Shown here one piece after another: positions 30,226 through 39,128 of a DNA stretch of 64,000 nucleotides. The translations under genes were made by a program, and so were the position numbers. Under the pieces are notes generated by a model. That model did not search any database. It saw only the letters and a program-made list of their open reading frames with translations, and was not told the origin of the DNA. This stretch comes from Fibrobacteria bacterium (GTDB taxonomy: Bacteria; Fibrobacterota; Fibrobacteria; UBA11236; JADFYW01). Location: NCBI GenBank assembly GCA_050294405.1, contig JBNKOC010000012.1, positions 480,001 to 544,000 on the forward strand, read 5' to 3'. The first letter of the stretch is position 1. Each line of letters starts with the position of its first letter.

Positions 30226-31284
30226 ATGAAGTTGAAATTAAGGAAATTTTATCAAGCAGGGTTAGGTATCACAATACTGTCCATGACAGGTTGTCTAATG
30301 TCAAAAACAGATAAAACACCCGATACAACAAAAGTGTCCAGTTCACAGGTAGAGAATGACATCATTGATAGGGATCCAAACGCACTGTTAGAATTAAAGG
30401 CTAACAACGGAAATATTATCCGATTTTATGATCGAGGAACCTTTATGGTGGCCACAGAAATTGGCGAGAATGGAAAGGAACATTATATAGATCCCCAAAA
30501 CAGTAAATCTCAATCCCTAAGCGAACTCTATTCTGAATTACATCCGGGAGAGGCGGTTCCGCGGGAACTGCTGCTGGCCGAAAATACTATAACTGAATTA
30601 GATGAAGAACAACTGGAAGATATTCCTGAATCCGAAGAAAACATGTTTGAAAAAGATGATACGGATCTGCCGCAAAAAGATGGGGCGCTCGGAAAGGCCG
30701 GGGTCACAACTTCTGAAACGACCTTTAAAAATAATTACTGCAATAACAGTAAAATGGTAGAATATACAGGATCGGGCCATAACTTTCGGACGCTCAAATG
30801 CGGCTGGCATCGGACTAAAGTGGGATCTGGTGACTCGTGGCAAACGGCGGAAGAAACCAAAGAAATGTATGGTCGTGTGGAAGTTTACCGCGGCACCTTG
30901 AAGTTTTCGGTTTCTGAACGAAGAAGTCTGAGCGGAAGTTCATTCAAGGAGTCGGTGTCTCCCACAACGGTTAGTTCAGGTAATTCGGCTTCAAAAAGGG
31001 TATATGTTAAGCATGGTGTGAAGTACAGATATGATTTTCGATATTTTTTAAAAAACCATGAAAATGACGGTTTTAACTGGGCGGTACAACAAGAAACATT
31101 CAACAATAAAAGATACTGCCACGAACAAAAGAGGTATTATTGTCTTTGGGCTCCCTTGACACAACCGGTAACCTTTAAGGAATGCCGCAGTACTTTGGAT
31201 GAAGCCAGAAGGGTGGTGGCTGCTCAAAAGGATCAGTGGGGAGATCAACATGGATGTTGGGAAAGCCGTTCATGGGTTGAATAA
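30226..31284 (+). CDS. Hypothetical lipoprotein (acidic N-region, basic Cys-containing C-region)
   Basis: RBS AAGGAG before ATG 30226; lipobox LSMTGC; followed by a terminator hairpin. Confidence 0.75.
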   Translation: MKLKLRKFYQAGLGITILSMTGCLMSKTDKTPDTTKVSSSQVENDIIDRDPNALLELKANNGNIIRFYDRGTFMVATEIGENGKEHYIDPQNSKSQSLSELYSELHPGEAVPRELLLAENTITELDEEQLEDIPESEENMFEKDDTDLPQKDGALGKAGVTTSETTFKNNYCNNSKMVEYTGSGHNFRTLKCGWHRTKVGSGDSWQTAEETKEMYGRVEVYRGTLKFSVSERRSLSGSSFKESVSPTTVSSGNSASKRVYVKHGVKYRYDFRYFLKNHENDGFNWAVQQETFNNKRYCHEQKRYYCLWAPLTQPVTFKECRSTLDEARRVVAAQKDQWGDQHGCWESRSWVE

Positions 31285-31308
31285 CCTATTGACAATTGAG
31301 TGATGAAG

Positions 31309-31335
31309 TAAGGGTTTCACAGGTTGAAACCCTTA
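31309..31335 (+). terminator. Stem-loop, probable terminator
   Basis: TAAGGGTTTCA-caggt-TGAAACCCTTA, a perfect 11-bp stem about 25 nt after the stop. Confidence 0.65.
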
Positions 31336-31562
31336 TTAGTAGTGTTTTCCCATTCATATTTTGCGCGTCAAAAAATGGCAAGACTTCGCCTTTAATACAT
31401 GAACAGCAGTAATAGGCATTTTATTTGTGTGTAGAGTTAAATTAATAACTCTTGGAGTCTCCATGGCCATACCGCATTATTGCTCAACTGTCAGGTGAAT
31501 ACGATCACTGTACACCAATAAGAATTATTGGAATTAATTTTCGGTTAGATTTTTTTGATTCC

Positions 31563-32462
31563 TTAGCTTCTTTCATCGGCTGTATTCATGTTACTTTTTT
31601 TCCATTCATCAAATGGTTCCATATTAATCATATTTTCAATATTTAAATTTAATTTCCAATTTTTAGAAAAATACATATGTGGTTTAATGTTTTCAAAAGT
31701 TTCTTTTTTATCATCCATAGAATAAATATTTTTCATTGAGTATCTTTCAACTGCTGAAATAAGAGCTGATACATTTATTCCGCACCATTTAATTCGTTTT
31801 GATAATTTATTAATATCAAATAATATCACATTTTCCTCTTTAATAACAGTTTGGTATTGTTTAGTAGGAATATTAGGATATTTATTTTTAAAAATATTAT
31901 ACATATGCTCACAATAGAGCATTATGTCAAAGGCTTCTTTTTTAATTATTTGAACTGTCTCAGCAAAGTTGTTGTAAATTGTGGGATGTGAAGAAAATGT
32001 TTCGTACCATTTATTTATTGGTTCATATGGGTTTTTAAATGCTAATTCGCCTGTCACAAGTTCACTTGTGTATGCACGCCCATCAAATTTTGGAATTTGG
32101 AAAAATTTTTTGCACTTATCATTAAAAACATTGAATAATGCTATTTGATCCCTAAATTCAAGTAATAATGGTCTAAGCTCTTTATAAACATTTAAGAGTA
32201 AATTGGATTCTATTTCTTCTTTCTTTAATTTTTTATTAAATCCATGTACAACAAACCAACCAAAGACAGATAACAATAAAGAAATGCTTAAAATTATATT
32301 TCCAATAGAAATTGATTTGTCAAATTTTATGAGCTTTAAAAAGTCAAGCTGTGAAATTATTACCAAAATAAACAGAGCTACTAGGGCAAATTGATTAGCC
32401 CAAAATAACCAGTTATTTTGCATATTAAAACTAGCCTTTATTTTGTTGTCTAATTTTTGCAT
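31563..32462 (-). CDS. Hypothetical low-GC membrane protein (2 N-terminal TM helices)
   Basis: 299-aa ORF, visibly more AT-rich than its flanks; two hydrophobic segments followed by a helical soluble region. Confidence 0.7.
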   Translation of the reverse strand: MQKLDNKIKASFNMQNNWLFWANQFALVALFILVIISQLDFLKLIKFDKSISIGNIILSISLLLSVFGWFVVHGFNKKLKKEEIESNLLLNVYKELRPLLLEFRDQIALFNVFNDKCKKFFQIPKFDGRAYTSELVTGELAFKNPYEPINKWYETFSSHPTIYNNFAETVQIIKKEAFDIMLYCEHMYNIFKNKYPNIPTKQYQTVIKEENVILFDINKLSKRIKWCGINVSALISAVERYSMKNIYSMDDKKETFENIKPHMYFSKNWKLNLNIENMINMEPFDEWKKSNMNTADERS

Positions 32463-32765
32463 GGTTTTAAAATTTAGCTCCTGTGGTTCTGTAAACCACT
32501 TAATAATTTAGCGTAATTTGAGAATGAACAATTCTTTTAACTTGACAAAAATAGTCAAGCCAACATCCATAAAAAAGGACCATTTGAAAATCCATTCAAC
32601 GTTACTGAAATGTTACGAATTTGACCCTAAAAATGCTCTTTTATCTCACTTTGTCACAACTTATGACAACCCTTTTAATTAACATCTATCATAAAAATTC
32701 TTTTAAAATAAAGATTTATGATTCTGCTTGATAAAATTGGCGAAATTTTGAAATGAGCGAAAGAG

Positions 32766-32839
32766 TACACCCGAGAGGATTCGAACCTCAGACCTTCTGC
32801 TCCGGAGGCAGACGCTCTATCCAGCTGAGCTACGGGTGC
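32766..32839 (-). tRNA. tRNA-Arg(CCG)
   Basis: Reverse complement GCACCCGTAGCTCAGCTGGATAGAGCGTCTGCCTCCGGAGCAGAAGGTCTGAGGTTCGAATCCTCTCGGGTGTA; anticodon CCG; CCA not encoded. Confidence 0.97.
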
Positions 32840-33021
32840 ATTTTCGAATTCAAATATATATTTTCGACCCGGCCTTTCAATTCCAAATTATTCCCCAATT
32901 TATCATTGGGCTTGGCCCGATAAAAACAGATTGACCCTGTTTGCCAAGGTATTTTATCATCAAATAAAGTCACAAATATCTCAAATCTGGACCAGGATAT
33001 TCAACCGGGGTTTCTTTTGAA

Positions 33022-34050
33022 TTGAGTATTGGGAAAGTCTTTCAATTTTATATGCCCGACATCCATACAGTAACGCCTTCATTAAGTCTAAGAAAAAAAA
33101 AAGATTTTTCTCCGTTAACATTAGGGCATATTCATAAAGCTGTTGTGGGAGTCGGTATTGAGTGGGATTTCCACTGCATCCATTGCGCTTTGCTTGTTTG
33201 TAATAATAGGGGACAAGTAAGTATTGAAGCATTGGAGCAACGACAGGGAGATTTTTCGAAGCCTGAAACATTGATTAAAAATATAAAAGACTGTAGGGAA
33301 TCACTTCCAGAAAATGGCAATGAGCAATGGAGCTGTTCTGCCGAGGGAAAATACAGTTATGCATCTCAGGTTAAAATAACAGCTCATTCAAAATCGCAGG
33401 AAAAGGAACTCATACAAAAAGCTGTTCAAAATCAACTTCCCTTTGACATTGAATTAGCCTCGCTTGACTACCATAAGCTTGAAAATTTAACAACACAGGC
33501 TAACCAATCACATTACATTGTGGCTGCGATTGAAAATGGTCATTTAAACAATCTGATAAACATTTTGCAACGTTGTGGAGTTTCTCAATTTAAATTAGAT
33601 ACCAAAATGTTGAGTTTAGCGAATAGCTTGTATTTACTGCCTGGAAGCATAGGTCAATCGAAATCTCAAATTGTATTGCATATAGGTTTAACGGAAGCCT
33701 TTATATTGTTTGAAAGTAACTACGCTCCTTTTTTTTACCATAGATTTTTGCTGAACACACCAAGTAATAAGCATAGTCCTGAACAACATTTGGAAAAGAT
33801 GGAAATTATTGTTGAAGAAATAAATAATTCAGTTCGGTTTTATCAAAAAGAAAACCCTGGAATCCTGTTGGAAAATATTTGGCTATCCGGTAAAAACAGC
33901 CATAATCCAACGTTTGTAAAGTCGCTTACTGAAAAAATATCCTTAAAAGTTCATTGTATGGATTTAATAGATGTGCTTGGGTTTAGCCTAAAAGAAGGAA
34001 CTGGGGATTTTAATCTAGCGATTTCCCTTGCCATGCGGGGACTGGAATGA
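33022..34050 (+). CDS. PilM-like (actin-fold) pilus/secretion platform protein, divergent
   Basis: VGVGIEW (cf. GIDIG), QLPFDIE..LDY, VLHIG, EEINNSVRFY, IWLSG, AISLAMRG C-terminus typical of PilM. Start uncertain (ATG 33051 possible). Confidence 0.65.
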   Translation: MSIGKVFQFYMPDIHTVTPSLSLRKKKDFSPLTLGHIHKAVVGVGIEWDFHCIHCALLVCNNRGQVSIEALEQRQGDFSKPETLIKNIKDCRESLPENGNEQWSCSAEGKYSYASQVKITAHSKSQEKELIQKAVQNQLPFDIELASLDYHKLENLTTQANQSHYIVAAIENGHLNNLINILQRCGVSQFKLDTKMLSLANSLYLLPGSIGQSKSQIVLHIGLTEAFILFESNYAPFFYHRFLLNTPSNKHSPEQHLEKMEIIVEEINNSVRFYQKENPGILLENIWLSGKNSHNPTFVKSLTEKISLKVHCMDLIDVLGFSLKEGTGDFNLAISLAMRGLE

Positions 34051-34586
34051 GTCCCTTTAAGTATCATATCAACTTAGCTCAGCCATCTAAACTGGATTCA
34101 AGGCCCATTGATAACAAAGATCATATTAGGTTTATTATCTCTTATTCCTGTTTGGTGCTGCTATGTATTCTAGCCGCATACATTTCCAGTAACTTTTATT
34201 CCGTTTGGAGTCTAAAGGAAAAAGAAAAAACACTATTGTTGAATCTGGACGATTATGCAGTTAGAAATGCCTCTGCAGATTTTAATCTTTCTTACCCTCT
34301 GTTAAAAAGCATCCATTACTCTCAGGTAAACAGAAGTTTTTTTCCCATTAACATTGTCCAATTAAGGGACTATTTTAAACAAGAAGTAGAAATTGAAAGC
34401 ATCCAATTTAACCGGGATAGTTTGATAATTAAAGGAGCGCCAAAAAGTTTTCCTTTGAATAAAGCTAAATTGGATGAAAAAGTGGCATCTATTTATAGCT
34501 GGAAAGCTTTCCGCTATAACTTCAATTCTCTAAGCCTGCATATTTTAGACAATAGACAATTAAAGCTTATTGCACTTAAAAGCTGA
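34047..34586 (+). CDS. PilN-like bitopic membrane protein
   Basis: N-terminal INL motif (HINLA), single TM, LIIKG strand; overlaps the pilM-like stop. Confidence 0.55.
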   Translation: MSPFKYHINLAQPSKLDSRPIDNKDHIRFIISYSCLVLLCILAAYISSNFYSVWSLKEKEKTLLLNLDDYAVRNASADFNLSYPLLKSIHYSQVNRSFFPINIVQLRDYFKQEVEIESIQFNRDSLIIKGAPKSFPLNKAKLDEKVASIYSWKAFRYNFNSLSLHILDNRQLKLIALKS

Positions 34587-34591
34587 GTATT

Positions 34592-35149
34592 ATGTTTTTA
34601 AAACCAAATTTTTTATTAATCGCAACGGCAAGCGTATTAATTATCTGGTTTGGGTTAGACTTCTTATATATTTCGCCAAGTAAACTGGAAATTCAAAATA
34701 TTATTCAACAAAGGATCAAGCGCTCCGCTGAAATTGCAAATCAGAAAATCATAGATGGTAACTATCCCCATGTGCAAAATTTTTTGTCGGATAACATAGT
34801 GGATGGTTCAATTTTGGAATCGGATAAATTGGATGCTTTGGCGGCAGATTTCTTTAATAGAATTTCAGAAAAGTCCGGCACAAAATTAGAGTCTATTCAA
34901 TTGGAAGATTCTCATCTGGACCTATTAAAAAAAACGGCATATTACAGTTTGAATTTTTATCCAACTTCAATGGAAAATATTGAAGTTTTGTTAAATCATC
35001 TTGCTCAGGATTTGAAAATCAACAATTTGGAAGAACTAATCATTCGTTACTCCAAAACCCAGGGGCGTAAAAATTATTTTCAACTTCAACTAAAAATAAG
35101 TCTACCCTATTATTTAAATAATTTTGGATATGAACTCTCTGCACTATAA
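34592..35149 (+). CDS. PilO/GspM-like bitopic membrane protein
   Basis: N-terminal TM, YISP, coiled coil, ferredoxin-like pattern; third gene of the cluster. Confidence 0.5.
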   Translation: MFLKPNFLLIATASVLIIWFGLDFLYISPSKLEIQNIIQQRIKRSAEIANQKIIDGNYPHVQNFLSDNIVDGSILESDKLDALAADFFNRISEKSGTKLESIQLEDSHLDLLKKTAYYSLNFYPTSMENIEVLLNHLAQDLKINNLEELIIRYSKTQGRKNYFQLQLKISLPYYLNNFGYELSAL

Positions 35150-35636
35150 AATTTTAATTGCCATAATTTTTTTGGCAGGCTGGGTGATATTCCGGGCCCA
35201 TAAACATTCTGCAGATTACCAAAAAATAGATTCAGCATCTCTGGAAAGTGCTAATGGCTATGTAAATGTTTTTTTAAACCTTTGTAATGAACTGGAAATA
35301 ACATTAAGCCAATGGGATAGTTATCAACCGGATAAGTCAGCTCAGGAAGCAAAAAAAGGCAATTCTTTAATATTGGCCGACCCGTTAGTTCCCATTGGGA
35401 AGGTTATTTCTCAGCCAAATGATCCTTTAAGCTTAAAAAAAATAGGGTCGGACACGCTCAACAATTGGTATGCCATTTTCAAATACGGAAATCAATTTTA
35501 TACGGTGGCAGCAGGCGATAATTTATTGGGGCGAAATATTGTTAAAATCACAGAAGATAAAGTGTATCTTAGTTCTCAAATGACTCATTTTCTATACCAC
35601 ATAGATGGAAAAAAATTAATTAAGCGAAAGAATTAA
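35124..35636 (+). CDS. PilP/GspC-like protein
   Basis: N-terminal TM, DPL motif, then LKKIG..AIF..YTVAAGD..IVKITEDKVYL, an HR/PilP-like beta domain. Confidence 0.5.
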   Translation: MDMNSLHYKILIAIIFLAGWVIFRAHKHSADYQKIDSASLESANGYVNVFLNLCNELEITLSQWDSYQPDKSAQEAKKGNSLILADPLVPIGKVISQPNDPLSLKKIGSDTLNNWYAIFKYGNQFYTVAAGDNLLGRNIVKITEDKVYLSSQMTHFLYHIDGKKLIKRKN

Positions 35637-35640
35637 AAAT

Positions 35641-37521
35641 ATGGACAGTTCTTCTAATCAGAATAAGAAAGTCATTTTTTATGCGCAGCGACCAGAAGCC
35701 TCGGCAAAGCTTCTGGATGTTTTGAACAAAGGACTCGGAAAACTAAATGTGGAATTTTCCTACCAAGCCTTTTCACAAATGAATGGTGAAAGTTGCAATC
35801 TTGCTATTTTATTGTTACCCCAAGAAGGTGATCTCGAAAATTTCAAAGAAATTTTGAAAAAGATACAAAGCGAGACACAAAGAACCTTAGCCATAGTAGA
35901 TGCAAAGCGAAAGGCCATATTTGAGGATCAAATTAAAAGCACAAACGTAACCCAGGCCATATATTTTCCAGTAAATTCGGGAAGTCTGCTTAAAACCATA
36001 TCCAGCCTGCTAACTCCGGATATTTTTAATAGGAATAATTTGCCTTATGATTTAATACGAAACATTGAGAGAAATGCAATAGATTTGATTCCAGCTTCTA
36101 TGGCTCATTCTCATGTTTGCATCCCCATTAAAATATTAGACAACCATCTTCATGTTGCGGTCACAGATCCAGGGGATGTTAGGCTTCTTGATTTGCTGCG
36201 TGATAGAAGCAGTTATTTGATAAAAGCCCATGGAGTGGATTCTTCAACTATTTCTAAGGCGATTGAAATTTTTTATCCCTTGCCCGGTGATGATTCCGCT
36301 TCTATCAGCAAGCAATCACAAAGTTCCAATATTTCTTTTAAAGCCCCTCCAACTCCCCAGGCTCAGGAAACGGAAGGTATTGCCGGAATGTTCAATTCTA
36401 TTGTAGCTCAAGCTATCAAGGAAAAAGCAAGTGATATCCATTTTGAAATTCAAACCACAGGACTTTCACTAAAATACAGAGTGGAAGGGGAACTTCGAAA
36501 AATTATCGCTCCACCATCCAGTACACATCGAAGCCTGGTGGAGCATATAAAAACTCTGGCTTCTTTAAATTTAATGGAAAAAAACCTTCCCCAAGAAGGG
36601 GCCTTTCAATTAAGAATATTGAATATGGATTTGCATTTGAGGGTATCCTGCGTTCCCACCATCCAATTTGAAAAAATAGTAGTTACTATCATTAAAAAGG
36701 AAGAGTTTAAATTAGATATAAATCATTTGGGCTTTTCTTCGGAGTCCCTTTCCCTTATTCGGAAATATTTAAGCTCCCCCTATGGGTTAGTCATTGTGGC
36801 GAGCCCTATTCGTTCGGGGAAAAGCACCACCTTATATTCCATGGTGCAGGAAATAATATCCGAGGCCAAAAATATTGTTTCGGTTGAAAATGTTATTGAA
36901 TTCCAATTGCCGGGCATGACTCAATTTAAATTGGATCCAGATAAGGGGTTTACCGCTAAAATAGCTATGGAACATATTTCTTACCAGGACCCTGATGTTG
37001 TTCTCATTGATCCTATTCGGGATCACGATACGGCGGATTCAGCAATTAAGTTTTCTCTCACGGGGCACCAAATTCTGGCTGGAATATCTGCTTCGGGAAT
37101 TCTCCATAGTTTTTCCCAATTGAGAGACTTAAATGTCTCTTCATTAACATTGGGGTCGGCTTTGACTATGATCATCTTTCAAAGGTTAGTGAAAAAAATA
37201 TGCCCCTATTGCAAGGAAACCCATAGCATTTCAGAAGAGCTTTTGCCCCAATTGCCAAAAGAGCTTCAAGACAATCCTCTCTGCTTTATTGGAAAAGGCT
37301 GCGCGCGCTGCAACCAAACAGGATATTTAGGACAAACCGGAGTCTTTGAGGTGCTTCCCATTGGCAAAAACTTAAGGCAATTGCTTTATCAAAACCGGCC
37401 ATTGGAAGAGTTTCAGGAGGTGCTGGACAACAGCCAATGGAGAGATGTTAAATCTATGGCATTCGATCTGGTCCAAAATGGTGTGACTACCATTGAACAA
37501 GCCATTTCCTTGCACGGTTAA
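35641..37521 (+). CDS. GspE/PilB-family ATPase-like protein with an N-terminal pseudo-receiver domain; catalytic motifs degenerate
   Basis: T2SSE N-terminal domain (VAVTDP), ASDIHFE, LPQEG, RVS, SGKSTTLY, QDPDVV, LTGH, QRLVKKICPYC, GCARC..GYLG. Confidence 0.85.
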   Translation: MDSSSNQNKKVIFYAQRPEASAKLLDVLNKGLGKLNVEFSYQAFSQMNGESCNLAILLLPQEGDLENFKEILKKIQSETQRTLAIVDAKRKAIFEDQIKSTNVTQAIYFPVNSGSLLKTISSLLTPDIFNRNNLPYDLIRNIERNAIDLIPASMAHSHVCIPIKILDNHLHVAVTDPGDVRLLDLLRDRSSYLIKAHGVDSSTISKAIEIFYPLPGDDSASISKQSQSSNISFKAPPTPQAQETEGIAGMFNSIVAQAIKEKASDIHFEIQTTGLSLKYRVEGELRKIIAPPSSTHRSLVEHIKTLASLNLMEKNLPQEGAFQLRILNMDLHLRVSCVPTIQFEKIVVTIIKKEEFKLDINHLGFSSESLSLIRKYLSSPYGLVIVASPIRSGKSTTLYSMVQEIISEAKNIVSVENVIEFQLPGMTQFKLDPDKGFTAKIAMEHISYQDPDVVLIDPIRDHDTADSAIKFSLTGHQILAGISASGILHSFSQLRDLNVSSLTLGSALTMIIFQRLVKKICPYCKETHSISEELLPQLPKELQDNPLCFIGKGCARCNQTGYLGQTGVFEVLPIGKNLRQLLYQNRPLEEFQEVLDNSQWRDVKSMAFDLVQNGVTTIEQAISLHG

Positions 37522-37540
37522 AGTTTATTAATTTAAACCC

Positions 37541-38311
37541 ATGGCCACTTTGCAATCCGAAGGCATTTTACTTCATAAAATGCCTTATTCGGAATCCTCA
37601 ACCATAGCAAAAATCTACACCCGAGAATCTGGGTTGCTAAGTTTTATTGCCAAAGGGGCCATGAGACCCAAATCCAAAATGCGCGGGCAAATAGATTTTT
37701 TTCGTCTGCTGGAATGCACATACAATCTTCGCAACGACAGCAGTTTAATTATTTTGCAGGATGTTACTGGTATCAAGCATTTTGAAAATATTCAAAAGGA
37801 TTTAATTCGAAGTAGCTTGGCTAATGTTATCCTGGAAATATATCTGCGATTTTTATATGGGCCTGAACCCTCTCAACCTTTATACGAGTTATTGGCCCAT
37901 CAGCTTGATTTTATTGATTCAGTTGTCTTTCACGCTCCGAGCAGTTCGGGTTTGCTCTGTGATTTTATAATTCAATTTTGTTCTATTATGGGCTTTAAAC
38001 CCCAGTTCAGCCAATGTGTTTTTTGTGAGGCCGCCTTACAGGATAGAGTCCTGTTTTTTTATCCTGAATTAGGAGGGGCGGGTTGCTTTCGCTGTTCAAA
38101 TCAGCAAAATTATTCCTACATAAAGTATTCGCAAAAAATAATTAAATGGCTGGATTCCGTTCTAGTAAGTGGCGGTTTAAAAAATCTGGCCGCGAAAAGC
38201 ACCATGGATGGGGGGGAATCTTTATTGCTGGATTTTCTTAAAAGCCAATCCGGCCATAATAACTCTTTAAAATCTTATTCTTTTTACAAAAAAATGGTAT
38301 TTGAGAACTAG
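37541..38311 (+). CDS. recO: DNA repair protein RecO
   Basis: EGILL..YSESS..IYTRESG..IAKGA..PKS; GFKP and CxxC...CxxC zinc finger. Confidence 0.9.
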   Translation: MATLQSEGILLHKMPYSESSTIAKIYTRESGLLSFIAKGAMRPKSKMRGQIDFFRLLECTYNLRNDSSLIILQDVTGIKHFENIQKDLIRSSLANVILEIYLRFLYGPEPSQPLYELLAHQLDFIDSVVFHAPSSSGLLCDFIIQFCSIMGFKPQFSQCVFCEAALQDRVLFFYPELGGAGCFRCSNQQNYSYIKYSQKIIKWLDSVLVSGGLKNLAAKSTMDGGESLLLDFLKSQSGHNNSLKSYSFYKKMVFEN

Positions 38312-38369
38312 TTGTCCGTCGGATTTAGGCTTTGCACAGTTTTACAAAGTTACTATTTTATTCAACCTT

Positions 38370-39128
38370 ATGTTGAGCTCTTCCCATATAGCGAACCACC
38401 GGGGCAAGCCTTTAGTAATGGTAACGGCATACGATGTATGTTTTGCAAGCATTGCCGAATCAGCCGGAGTGGATATTATCCTGGTGGGGGATTCCCTGGC
38501 TAATGTTATGCTTGGGAAAAATAGAACATCCGAATTAAAAACAGAGACCATGTTGCTGTTTGTGGAAGCCGTGGCAAACGGGGCGAAAGATACGCACATA
38601 GTGGCTGATATGCCTTATTTATCATATAACACGGTGGATGATGCCCTGCGTAATGCGAAATCATATATGGAAGCCGGAGCCCATTCCGTAAAACTGGAAG
38701 GCTTAAAGCCTGAGATTATTGAAGCTTTAATTGGGGAAAACATCCCGGTTATGGGACATCTGGGTTTGCTTCCTCAAACCGCCACCAGCCTTAAGCAGGT
38801 GGGGGCGAACAATAAAAGCGCGGAACAAATTTTTGAAGAAGCCAAGGCTTTGGAATCGCTGGGGACATATGCCATGGTTTTAGAGCATATGGATTTTCAA
38901 CTGGGAAAAAAAATAACCCATTCTCTTAATATTCCTACCATCGGAATTGGGGCAGGGCCAGACACATCAGGGCAGGTTTTAGTCATGCACGACTTACTTG
39001 GCCTTAGGAAGAAAAAACTTCCCCCTTTTGCAAAAAAATTTGGAAATTTATTTGAAGCGGCACAGGAGGCTTTTATGAATTACGCCGCCGCAGTGCGGGA
39101 AGGATCTTTCCCAAAAGCCAACCAATAA
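38370..39128 (+). CDS. panB: 3-methyl-2-oxobutanoate hydroxymethyltransferase
   Basis: MVTAYD, ILVGDSL, VADMP, VKLEG, MGHLGLLPQ, IGIGAG..GQVLV. ATG 38370 is preferred. Confidence 0.95.
   Translation: MLSSSHIANHRGKPLVMVTAYDVCFASIAESAGVDIILVGDSLANVMLGKNRTSELKTETMLLFVEAVANGAKDTHIVADMPYLSYNTVDDALRNAKSYMEAGAHSVKLEGLKPEIIEALIGENIPVMGHLGLLPQTATSLKQVGANNKSAEQIFEEAKALESLGTYAMVLEHMDFQLGKKITHSLNIPTIGIGAGPDTSGQVLVMHDLLGLRKKKLPPFAKKFGNLFEAAQEAFMNYAAAVREGSFPKANQ

Noticed and set aside
33093..33102. A10 tract in the 5' part of the pilM-like gene as a phase-variation site
   Set aside because: Long A/T runs are common in this AT-rich sequence, the frame is intact and the start codon is uncertain.
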